A DNA stretch of 64,000 nt from a virus, in IMG/VR virus record IMGVR_UViG_3300049259_000288, positions 12,961 through 76,960 of that record, one strand, 5' to 3'. Positions 23,970 to 32,880 of this stretch are shown piece after piece. How positions within the stretch are numbered: position 1 is the first letter of the stretch; every line of letters starts with the position of its first letter. The position numbers and the translations under genes were made by a program. The notes below the pieces were generated by a model. It saw nothing but the letters and a program-made list of their open reading frames with translations, was not told the origin of the DNA and did no database searches.

Positions 23970-24891
23970 GCACGCCCGGATGCTCGACGCCCATCTCGTG
24001 GCGACGTCGCATGACATGGGCCAGGCCTACAACCTCGCGCTGGTGGACGCCTTCGTCGCCGCCGTGGAAGCCGCTGGCACTGAGGTCGGCAAGGTCCTGC
24101 GCGACATCACCCGTGTCATGGCATCGGGCGTGGGCGATGCGCAGCTCGCCAAGGCCCACGAGACCATCGCCCGCAAGGGCCAGGACTCGGTGCTGCGCTC
24201 CTATGACCAGGTGGTCACCGCGCGCAACAAGCGCCGCCTGGGGCCCTACCGCGACGTCATCGACCCGCCGTCGCGCCCGCAGAACGTCCGCTTCGCCAAC
24301 GGCAAGCTGCGCGCGGCACTGGGCGCGGCGGACTTCTGGGAGGCCGATGCCCACGGCATCCGCTTCATCAACGTCGACATGCTCAACCACCGGGCTCGGC
24401 AGTGGGCCCGTCTGTCCGCGGGCGCCGGCGGCCGTGGCGCGGGCAGCAAGCAGCGGTTCGAGGTGAAGTGGGGCGAGCTCGTGGTGGCGAGCCTCGGGCT
24501 GAACATGCGCCCCTCGCCATCCTTCGTGGTCCCGAAGGGCTACTGGTTCGATCCCGAGTCCGGGCATCCGGTCGGCCCGGGAGCTCGCGGCACGTCCCGC
24601 TTCTTCCCCATGGGTGAGGGCCCTCGTTCCGGTGCGCGCTCTTCTCTCGTCGGCAAGAACGCCGATGGCAAGAAGGTCCGGGTGCCCATGCAGCGTCGAC
24701 GCGTCTCGAGGGGCATCGAGGCGCGCAACTTCCTCGACGCCGGCGTGCGGCGCATCGCGCGCGAGATCGGGCCCACCTACGAGCGCGTCCACCGGGAGTG
24801 GTTCGAGACCAAGGTCGCGCACGCCCGTCCGGCGTCCCAGACCTTCCACGTGACCGTGCGGAAGAACCTGGCATCCGTCGGCGTCCGGTGA
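23953..24891 (+). CDS. basic neck/tail completion protein (putative)
   Basis: C-terminal RGIEARNFLDAG, HK97-gp10-like. Confidence 0.5.
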   Translation: MPAPYRHARMLDAHLVATSHDMGQAYNLALVDAFVAAVEAAGTEVGKVLRDITRVMASGVGDAQLAKAHETIARKGQDSVLRSYDQVVTARNKRRLGPYRDVIDPPSRPQNVRFANGKLRAALGAADFWEADAHGIRFINVDMLNHRARQWARLSAGAGGRGAGSKQRFEVKWGELVVASLGLNMRPSPSFVVPKGYWFDPESGHPVGPGARGTSRFFPMGEGPRSGARSSLVGKNADGKKVRVPMQRRRVSRGIEARNFLDAGVRRIAREIGPTYERVHREWFETKVAHARPASQTFHVTVRKNLASVGVR

Positions 24892-24914
24892 ATCTTCGGC
24901 CCTCGGCCGCCGAT
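24889..24914 (+). promoter_or_regulatory. sigma-28-type late promoter (tail operon)
   Basis: TGAA-N16-GCCGATCT. Confidence 0.75.
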
Positions 24915-24922
24915 CTGTGAGC

Positions 24923-25189
24923 GTGAACGCTGCAACGCCGCGCACCGATCAGGCGTTCATCTACGCGCTCTCGGACCCCCGGGACGGCCGGGTTCGGTAC
25001 GTCGGCAAGACGATCGACGTGGGTCAGCGCCTTGCCGATCACATGCAGCCGTCACACTCGGTTGCGCGCGCCTTCGGCACCAGCGGTGCCTACGTCAACC
25101 AGATCGTTCACGGGTTGTACCGGCTCGCCGCCGGCGGGCCGATCCGTGAGTTTGCCGCCGGGCACGTCGCCCAGCCGGCCCAGGTGTAG
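24923..25189 (+). pseudogene. internally deleted GIY-YIG homing endonuclease
   Basis: FIYALSDPRDGRVRYVGKT...RL..H joins directly to an HTH-like tail (VARAFGTSGAYVNQIV). Confidence 0.6.
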
Positions 25190-25201
25190 GAGGAATCGGT
25201 C

Positions 25202-26419
25202 ATGGCAGTGAAAAGTGGGCAGTTCCTCCACGTCGCGAACGGCTACCTCATCGACCGCATCCAGTCCGCTGGGGCGGGGAACCTCAACATCCCCGAGGAG
25301 CGGATCTACGAGCTCGGCAACTACAAGACCGTCGGCCTGATCCGCGACACCCCGGATCTGGCCTTCGACCTCGAGTCCCTCGACCCCACGGTCGAGATCG
25401 AGGCCATCCTCATGGGGATCGACCCCACGACGGTCTCGGCCGGCGACGAGATCGACTTCGCCGACTGCCAGCCCATCGACATCGTCGCCCCGTTCAAGGA
25501 CCAGGGCGGCGTGTTCACGACGGTCAAGGGCGTCATCGTCCCCGAGCTCCGCATGGAGTCGGCGGCCTACCGCGCCGGTGTCCGCCAGAACTTCTCCAAG
25601 CAGTTCTCGCTGCGCGGCGACTCGATCTACTACACCCAGGGCACGCCGTACGCGGCGGTCTACACCGTGCCGGGCTCGGGTGGGACGGGCCCGTACGTGC
25701 TGGCGCACACGGCGCTGCCGTACGTCGACAGCCACGGCGACACGCGCTACGTCCTCAACGCCCGCCTGGTCTACGCCTCGGGTGCCACGCGCCGGCTGGT
25801 GCACGGTGTCGACTACACCGACACCAACGCCAACATCACGCTGGCTTCGGCGCCGCCGGCGGGCACGCTGCTGCGGGTCGTCTACGGCTCGGCCGCCGCC
25901 GCCACCTTCGCCCAGGCGGGGCACCCGACCAGCTCGGTCAAGCCGGCCGCGGCCCGAGCCCGCAACGTCAAGGTCTACGTCGGCCCGCAGGGTGGTCCGC
26001 TCACCCAGTGGCTGGGCGTGCAGACCGTCGAGGCGAACTGGCGCGTCAACCTCGACCGTGACGAGGAGCTCGGCAACGACCAGATCGTCGCCGCCGACTA
26101 CGACACCGCCGAGGTCACCGGCAGCCTGGCCGTCCGGGCACGGGACGTGGCCTACCTCTTCGACCGCATCGCCGAGGTCACGGACACGGCGAACTCGGGC
26201 GTCGTCGCCGGCACGCTGTCGTCGATCCCGCTCGAGGTCGAGGTGCAGATCGAGAACATCACGACCGGCGACGTCGAGGAGACCCTCTTCGTTCCCGACG
26301 CCGTGATCCAGCCGCCAGCCATCCAGGGCCGTGTCCAGCAGAAGATCGAGACGAGCTTCCCGTTCACCAGCGAGAGCGGAACGCTCCTCGCCTACTCGGG
26401 CGAGCGCCCGGCGTCGTAG
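25202..26419 (+). CDS. major tail (tube) protein
   Basis: IDRIQS...IYELGN; EELGN; strong RBS; precedes chaperone and tape measure. Confidence 0.75.
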   Translation: MAVKSGQFLHVANGYLIDRIQSAGAGNLNIPEERIYELGNYKTVGLIRDTPDLAFDLESLDPTVEIEAILMGIDPTTVSAGDEIDFADCQPIDIVAPFKDQGGVFTTVKGVIVPELRMESAAYRAGVRQNFSKQFSLRGDSIYYTQGTPYAAVYTVPGSGGTGPYVLAHTALPYVDSHGDTRYVLNARLVYASGATRRLVHGVDYTDTNANITLASAPPAGTLLRVVYGSAAAATFAQAGHPTSSVKPAAARARNVKVYVGPQGGPLTQWLGVQTVEANWRVNLDRDEELGNDQIVAADYDTAEVTGSLAVRARDVAYLFDRIAEVTDTANSGVVAGTLSSIPLEVEVQIENITTGDVEETLFVPDAVIQPPAIQGRVQQKIETSFPFTSESGTLLAYSGERPAS

Positions 26420-26485
26420 TCACTCGAGCAAGACCGGGGCCTTCGGGCCATGTGCGGCGAGAGCCGTAGGAGAAAGGGGTAGTCC

Positions 26486-27421
26486 ATGGGGAACCGCTCG
26501 AAGCAGCGGCGCCTTGGCGATCTGTACGTCATGGGCACGCCGGTGGAGGTCACCGGCAGGCTCGGTGACGTGACCACCGTCTGGGTGCAGAAGCTCGATC
26601 CCGTCGACCACGACACGTGCGTGCGCAAGGCGAAGGCGGCGCGCGCCCGGGCTCGGGCGTCCTACCGTGACACCGACAGCGAGGAGTACCTCGACGCACG
26701 GGACACGGTGGAGTCGATCCCGCGAGAGACCCTGATCGAGACCATCATCTCGCCCGAGGTCGACAAGATCCGCGAGTCGGTCCGGGCCGAGCTGTCGATG
26801 GGCGAGGACAGCGAGTGGGCCAAGGACGACTACCTCTCCGGGCTCTACGACGAGTGGGGCGACGCCCTCTCGGCGCGCTACGAGGAGGATCCCGATGATC
26901 CCGAGGCGCTCCGCGTGCTCGCCGAGTTCGAGCGGTTCGAGGCGGCGCTCAAGGAGGCGCTCGACCCCCAGGTCGACGAGCTCCGCACGATGTGGACCGC
27001 AGCCGACGAGTCGGCGCTGCAGGAGAAGGCGCTCGAGGTGCTCATCGAGCGCCAGCTGCAGGAGCGGTGGCTTGAGGAGTTCGTCCGCTCGGAGGTCTGG
27101 CTTGCCACGCGAGAAGCCTGCGAGCACTGCCTGAGCGAGATCGACGAGGCCCGTCGTCGCATCGACGCTGGCGAGCCGCCCCAGGACGCCAAGAACCTCC
27201 ACCAGGACCCGCACCCTCGCTACTACTTCGTCGATCGGGTCGAGGTCGATCGGCTCCCACCGCATGTCCGCTCCTACCTCGAGGCCGTCTACATGCAGGT
27301 CGCGGTGGACGCTACGGAGGGAAAAGACTTGCCGGAGACTGGGGCTTCCTCCGGCTCGTCCGACTCGTCCGAAGCGGAGGAGACACCAGCGTCCTCTGGC
27401 CCCGCGGCTGTACCCGCGTAG
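26486..27421 (+). CDS. tail assembly chaperone (G)
   Basis: Acidic protein between the tail tube and tape measure genes; slippery site near its 3' end. Confidence 0.75.
   Translation: MGNRSKQRRLGDLYVMGTPVEVTGRLGDVTTVWVQKLDPVDHDTCVRKAKAARARARASYRDTDSEEYLDARDTVESIPRETLIETIISPEVDKIRESVRAELSMGEDSEWAKDDYLSGLYDEWGDALSARYEEDPDDPEALRVLAEFERFEAALKEALDPQVDELRTMWTAADESALQEKALEVLIERQLQERWLEEFVRSEVWLATREACEHCLSEIDEARRRIDAGEPPQDAKNLHQDPHPRYYFVDRVEVDRLPPHVRSYLEAVYMQVAVDATEGKDLPETGASSGSSDSSEAEETPASSGPAAVPA
27319..27325 (+). other. -1 programmed frameshift site GGGAAAA giving the GT chaperone to 27666
   Basis: The -1 frame is open from the site: RLAGDWGFLRLVR...PPRWMWH..ITDWFERI to TGA at 27666. Confidence 0.85.
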
Positions 27422-27662
27422 AGGACATCCCTTGGGATCTCGTCAACGCCGTGGACCACGCACACATGGTCCTCAACTGGCACGAGAACCGCCCCAGCAA
27501 GGAGATCCCGCCTCGATGGATGTGGCACGTGGACCACGAGATCACCGATTGGTTCGAGCGCATCTCCAACGAGCAGGACGCCAAGTCGAACCCGGTCTCG
27601 GGTCGCAATGACGAAGAGGCCCCGATGATGACCAACGAGCTCGCGGCAGGAGTACGAGGTCG

Positions 27663-28130
27663 ATGATCACGAAGGTCTGTACGAAGTGCGGGGTCGAGAA
27701 GCCACTCGACTCCTTCGTCACGGAACGACGGACGAAGTCGGGCCGTGGGGCGCGGTGCCGCGCCTGCCAGTACCTCGCGGTCAAGGACTGGGATCGGCGC
27801 CATCCCGAGAAGCGCGCCGAGTACCTGCGGCGTGAGCGCCAGGTCCGTCCTGAGCGGACCCGGCAGTACAACCGCCAGCGGTGGGCGCGCCGCGCGAACG
27901 CCGGCGGGGTGATCCGCGATGCGGATTGGCGGCGGCTTGTCGATCGGTTCGGTGGTCGCTGCGCGTACTGCGAGCGCCCGGCGACGTCGCAGGATCACGT
28001 CGTTCCGCTGAGTCGCGGTGGTCGGCACACGATCGGCAACGTGGTCCCGGCGTGCGGGTCCTGCAATAGCAGCAAGGGCAGCCTGCTGCTCGTCGAGTGG
28101 CGGTCGCGTCAGATTCGAGAGGCGGCGTAG
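27663..28130 (+). CDS. HNH endonuclease
   Basis: CTKC..K....F; CAYC...DHVVPLSRGG...NVVPACGSCNSSK. Confidence 0.9.
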   Translation: MITKVCTKCGVEKPLDSFVTERRTKSGRGARCRACQYLAVKDWDRRHPEKRAEYLRRERQVRPERTRQYNRQRWARRANAGGVIRDADWRRLVDRFGGRCAYCERPATSQDHVVPLSRGGRHTIGNVVPACGSCNSSKGSLLLVEWRSRQIREAA

Positions 28131-28132
28131 CC

Positions 28133-31100
28133 ATGCCTCCCTCGAACTTCCAGCTGGTCATCGAGGCGCTGCTTCGCACGCCGAACGTGCGCGGCTTCGC
28201 TGGCGAGTTCGAGTCGACCATGGCGCGCATCCGCGCCCAGGCAGCGGCGGGAACGACGACGCCACAGCGGGCGTCGAAGGAGCTTCGCTCCTCAGCGGCC
28301 GCCACCGAGGCGGCGATCCAGCTTGAGGGACAGGGAGGGTTCCTCAGCAGCCAGGAGCAGGATGCGCTCCGCAAGCACTTCCGCCAGCTCTACGCGAACA
28401 CTGTTCGGGAGACGCGGACGCTACTCGGCAAGGAGGTCACCCTTGCCACCCAGAAGCAGGTCGAGACCGAAGCGCGGCGCCAGATCGGCCGCTCGGGAAG
28501 TCCGATCGTCCCGTCGCTGCAGACGGACCCCGCTCGCAACCAGCCCTCGCTGAGCCCGGCCATCACGCGCATCCAGCGACGGCTGGCCGAGATCGCGCTC
28601 ACCGACCTCGACTACATCGAGGAGCGCGCCAAGCTCGTCTCCGCGCTGCGCCGGCTGCGCACGGCAGAGAACGCGGTCGCCGAGGCGCTCGAGAGCCCGG
28701 AGGTCCGCGGCGAGCGAGAGTCGGTCCGCGCTGAGCAGGCGCGCAACCGCCGAGCGGCCGCCCTCGGCGTGCCGGAGAGGTCCGTCGGCCGAGACGCCAA
28801 CGGCCAGCTGCGGACCGAGACCACCGCGGACTACGAGGCTCGTCTCGACGCCGCCAAGATCCACCAGGCCAACGTCAAGAAGATCCACACCATCAACACC
28901 CTGACCGACGAGCAGAAGCAGCTCCAAGCCGTCGCCAACGAGGACCAGGCCGCACTCAACCGGGAGATCAAGGAGCGCCAGCTCGCCGAGCGTCGCGCCC
29001 GGAACGGTCCCGCCGGCTTCTTCCGCACCGCTCTCAACATCGCCCACGGCCGTCCTGGGCGCACGGTGGACGCCGCCGACGAGCAGGGGCCAGTCCAGTT
29101 CCTGGCCTCTCGCCTGCTGACCACGGCGTCCTATGGCGCCTCGGCGGCGCTGCTCTACGGCTTCGTCAACAGCGCCCGGGAGGCCACCAAGCAGGCGCTT
29201 GAGCTGCAGCGCGTCACCGAGCGACTGCGGGCCCAGTTCCAGGCGCTCGGCCAAGGGGATCAGTTCACCGGCTTCCGTCGTTCTCTGCTCAGCATCGCGC
29301 GCGACACGGGTGTGGCCGGCAGCGACGTCGTCGAAGTCGGCCTGCAGATGAAGGGCGCCTTCGGCGACACCGAGCTCGCCGTCCGGCGGACCAGCGAGGC
29401 GATCCGGGCGGCCCAGATCTCGGGTCTGCCCCTCGCCGAGGTCGTCGACTCGCTGACCGCGGCGTCCATCTCCTACGGCGTGTCGATCGACGCCATCTCC
29501 GACAAGGCCATCGGCATCGAGCAGCGGTTCGGTGTGCTCGCTGGCGCGTCGATCAAGTCCTTCGGTGATTTCGCGTCGACGGCGGAGGAAGTCGGGCTCA
29601 ACCTGAACGAGGTCGCCGGCATCCTCGGCGTGATCAACCAGCGATCGGGCAAGGGGCTCGGGGCCATCACCGAGGGTCTGTCGCGCGTGCTGCCCCAGGT
29701 CCACGACAAGTTCGCCGACATCCTGCTGCTCGCCAACCAGGACCCGGCGCTCCGTCCGTCGTTGCCGAAGCTGCAGGAGGAGGTCGCCGGCGGCCAGAGC
29801 GGTCAGGTGCTCCTCACCCTGGCGGGGGCGTGGGACCACCTCGGTCGCTCGACGCGATCGACGATCCTCACCATGCTGGGCGCCAGCCGCAACGCCCAGT
29901 ACCTCATCCCGCTCTTCGAGGGCAACGCCAAGCTGGCGGAGGAGGCAGCGCGCGCCAACGAGGACGACGGCAAGGCCATCGCCTACCAGGCCGCTCAGCA
30001 CCGCACGCTCAGCTACGAGCTCGGGCGGCTCCGTGAGCAGTTCAATCAGATCGCCGGCTCCCTCGGCCGGTTGGGTCTGCTGCAGGGCTTCTCTGCCCTC
30101 GCGGGCCTCGCCGTTGGTCTCGCCACCGGCATCGGCACGCTCGTGCGCATCCTCGCCGACCTGAACGACGCCGCCAATGGCATCCCCTCGAGGCTGCTGG
30201 CGATCGCCTTCGCGATGGCTGCTCTCACGAAGGCGGCGGCCGCCGGCGCGGCTATCCGCACGGTCCTCAGCGGCTACGGCATCGGCATCGGTGGCGTTGG
30301 TCGCAGCGCCGCAGAGGGTGAGGAGCTTGCAGCCGCCACCGGAGGGCGTCTCGCAGGTGCCGGTCGGGGCGCGCTCGCAGCGACCGGACTGCCGGCCATC
30401 GGTGGTGCTGTCGGGCGAGGCCTCGGCGCTCTCGGTGCCGGCGGCGCGGCGGAGGCCATCGCCGGCAGCACGCTGGCCGCCACCGGGGTGGGCGTCCTCG
30501 CTGTGGGCGCTGTCGCCGGCGGCCTCTACCTGCTCAGCAAGTCTCAAGGCGAGCGCGACCGCAAGGAGAAGGCGGCCAACGCCGCCGCCAAGCGCACCAT
30601 CGACTCGCTGATCCGGACTGGCCGTGTGGCCAACGCAGAGCTCGACAAGGCCACCAGCGACTTCATCAAGGCCGAACAGGGTGGACCTGGTGGCCCCGAG
30701 AAGCTCGGGCCTGGTGAGGCGTATGACCGTCTCGCTGCTGGCGAACAGCGGCACCCCTCGCGCGACGACAAGCACAAGGGAATCCTCGGCGCCGCCTCGC
30801 GTTTCCTCGGCCGCGTCGGTGGACTCGGCAACGTCTTCGGCAACTCCGATGACAGCGAGGACGTCGGCGACGAGTACAACAAGGCACTCGTCGAGGCGAC
30901 CGAAAAGCGGTTCAAGGCTGCTGTGGGTCTCGGACTTCTCGGCAAGCACGCCACCGCTCCTGAGCACCTCTCGGGCAAGAAGCTGCGAGAGGCCGTCGCG
31001 TTTCTCCGCGGCCTGTCGACCAAGCAGAAGGGCAAGGTCGACGAGGCCGTCGACGCCCAGGATGGTGTCGACAAGGCCGTCGCCGACGGCGGCGCCAACA

Positions 31101-32506
31101 TCCTCAAGTCGGCGCAGCAGCTGGCGCAGAGCTACGCCGATGGCGAGATCGCCTGGGATGCCTACATCGCGGCGCTCAAGTCCCAGATCGCGGCGCTCGG
31201 CACGAGTCCCGAGACCGCTGATGCCGTGGCCGCGCTGCACCAGCAGGAGCGCCAGGCGCTGGTTGACCACACGAACGCGCTTGGTCAGCTTGCCAAGACC
31301 CAGGGCCAGGTCGCGCTCGGGTCCGATCCCACCGCGCATCAGCGGGCCCAGCAGCAGCGCCGTGATGCCGAGGTCGATCTCTACACGAAGCTGGCTCAGC
31401 CGCACAGCGACGACCAACGGAGACAGGCCGAGGCCGACTTCGCCGCGGCGATCCAGCAGGCGGACAAGGCCGATGCCGATGCTGCTGAGAACGCAGCCAT
31501 CGCCCACCTGAACTTCCAGCTCGCGCAGACCGAGGACCCCCAGCAGCAGGCGCGGATCCGTCAGTCGATCGCTGCCCTCAAGGTCTCCTACGCCAATGCC
31601 GACGAGCTTGACGCCGCGAAGCAGGAGCAGGTCGAGGCGGCGCGCCAGGCCCGCGACGCCGATCGCGCCGTGCAGGACTCCCGGCACGACCTGGCCGAGG
31701 CCCAGGCGGGAAGCAACGATCAGCTGTTGGCCGTGATCGCCCAGGACCGCGCCAAGGACCAGGTCGAGCGCGCCCGCGGCGCCGGCACCGCTGCTCAGCT
31801 CGAGGCCATGGCAGCGAAGATCAGAGCCGACCGCCAGATGGAGGACTACATGGTCGACGCCGCGCGTGCGCGGCGCGAACTCGCCATTGCCGTCGCCGAG
31901 TCCGTCGGTGACGCTGCCAAGGTCGGCCAGCTGACCGTGGAGCAGGCCAATGAGGACCTGCGCATCATCAAGGAGAAGCAGTCCAAGGGCGAGGCCGACC
32001 AGGGCGATGTTGACCGCGCCACGGCCGCCAAGGTGAAGGCCGAGGCTGCCGAGAAGACGCGTGCGCGTAACGACCGGATCGGTGATCTTGAGTACCTCTT
32101 CGACTTCGACAAGATCACGGCGAACGAGCTCATCAACGGTCTCACCGCGGAACTGAACACCATCCCGGAGACCAACAAGGAAGCGCGTCGGGATATCGAG
32201 CGCCGCATCAAGCAGCTGCGCGACGACATGGGCAAGGACCTGAGCTTCAACCTGCCGACGACGATCCACCTCCCGTCGCTGCTCTACGAGACCCGCCGTC
32301 TCACCGCCGAGGGCCGCTTTGGAGCGTCGGGCATCGCCGCGCTCGGTGGCGCGCCGGCGGCGGGTTCGATGTCGACGTCGACCTACAACGACAACCGCAC
32401 CCAGCAGATCATCATTCAGGGCGGCAACGCCGAAGAGGTCAAGCGCGGCGTCCTCGACGCGCTCGACGAGCGGCCGCGGCTCGGCACCTACGCGGGGGTC
32501 TACTGA
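28133..32506 (+). CDS. tape measure protein
   Basis: ~1457 aa Ala-rich coiled coil with a central hydrophobic Gly/Ala region. Confidence 0.9.
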   Translation: MPPSNFQLVIEALLRTPNVRGFAGEFESTMARIRAQAAAGTTTPQRASKELRSSAAATEAAIQLEGQGGFLSSQEQDALRKHFRQLYANTVRETRTLLGKEVTLATQKQVETEARRQIGRSGSPIVPSLQTDPARNQPSLSPAITRIQRRLAEIALTDLDYIEERAKLVSALRRLRTAENAVAEALESPEVRGERESVRAEQARNRRAAALGVPERSVGRDANGQLRTETTADYEARLDAAKIHQANVKKIHTINTLTDEQKQLQAVANEDQAALNREIKERQLAERRARNGPAGFFRTALNIAHGRPGRTVDAADEQGPVQFLASRLLTTASYGASAALLYGFVNSAREATKQALELQRVTERLRAQFQALGQGDQFTGFRRSLLSIARDTGVAGSDVVEVGLQMKGAFGDTELAVRRTSEAIRAAQISGLPLAEVVDSLTAASISYGVSIDAISDKAIGIEQRFGVLAGASIKSFGDFASTAEEVGLNLNEVAGILGVINQRSGKGLGAITEGLSRVLPQVHDKFADILLLANQDPALRPSLPKLQEEVAGGQSGQVLLTLAGAWDHLGRSTRSTILTMLGASRNAQYLIPLFEGNAKLAEEAARANEDDGKAIAYQAAQHRTLSYELGRLREQFNQIAGSLGRLGLLQGFSALAGLAVGLATGIGTLVRILADLNDAANGIPSRLLAIAFAMAALTKAAAAGAAIRTVLSGYGIGIGGVGRSAAEGEELAAATGGRLAGAGRGALAATGLPAIGGAVGRGLGALGAGGAAEAIAGSTLAATGVGVLAVGAVAGGLYLLSKSQGERDRKEKAANAAAKRTIDSLIRTGRVANAELDKATSDFIKAEQGGPGGPEKLGPGEAYDRLAAGEQRHPSRDDKHKGILGAASRFLGRVGGLGNVFGNSDDSEDVGDEYNKALVEATEKRFKAAVGLGLLGKHATAPEHLSGKKLREAVAFLRGLSTKQKGKVDEAVDAQDGVDKAVADGGANILKSAQQLAQSYADGEIAWDAYIAALKSQIAALGTSPETADAVAALHQQERQALVDHTNALGQLAKTQGQVALGSDPTAHQRAQQQRRDAEVDLYTKLAQPHSDDQRRQAEADFAAAIQQADKADADAAENAAIAHLNFQLAQTEDPQQQARIRQSIAALKVSYANADELDAAKQEQVEAARQARDADRAVQDSRHDLAEAQAGSNDQLLAVIAQDRAKDQVERARGAGTAAQLEAMAAKIRADRQMEDYMVDAARARRELAIAVAESVGDAAKVGQLTVEQANEDLRIIKEKQSKGEADQGDVDRATAAKVKAEAAEKTRARNDRIGDLEYLFDFDKITANELINGLTAELNTIPETNKEARRDIERRIKQLRDDMGKDLSFNLPTTIHLPSLLYETRRLTAEGRFGASGIAALGGAPAAGSMSTSTYNDNRTQQIIIQGGNAEEVKRGVLDALDERPRLGTYAGVY

Positions 32507-32880
32507 TGGTTGTTCGATGGACCTTCTCGGACGGCAGCACGACGTACACGTTCGAGATCAACCCCAACGAGGGCGGCTCACCAGCACGCAAGCGCGGTGT
32601 CGGATTCAGCGTGACGGCGGCACCCGACGGCGGCGTGCTCGTGTACGAGAAGCGATCCGATCCGCGCACGCTGTCGTTCTCGGGCGTCGTGCTCACCCAG
32701 GCGCACTACGACGCGCTCGACGAGTGGTCGGACAAGCACGAGCCGATCACCCTCACCGACGACCTCTCGCGGTCGTTCACCGTGATCCTCACGAGCTTCG
32801 AGCCAAGGCGCGTGCGCTCGGCGCTGTATCCCTGGAAGCACACCTACACGTGTGAGGCAATCGTCCTCGCTGCAGCCTGA
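32506..32880 (+). CDS. distal tail protein (putative)
   Basis: YTFEINP; directly after the tape measure gene. Confidence 0.6.
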   Translation: MVVRWTFSDGSTTYTFEINPNEGGSPARKRGVGFSVTAAPDGGVLVYEKRSDPRTLSFSGVVLTQAHYDALDEWSDKHEPITLTDDLSRSFTVILTSFEPRRVRSALYPWKHTYTCEAIVLAAA

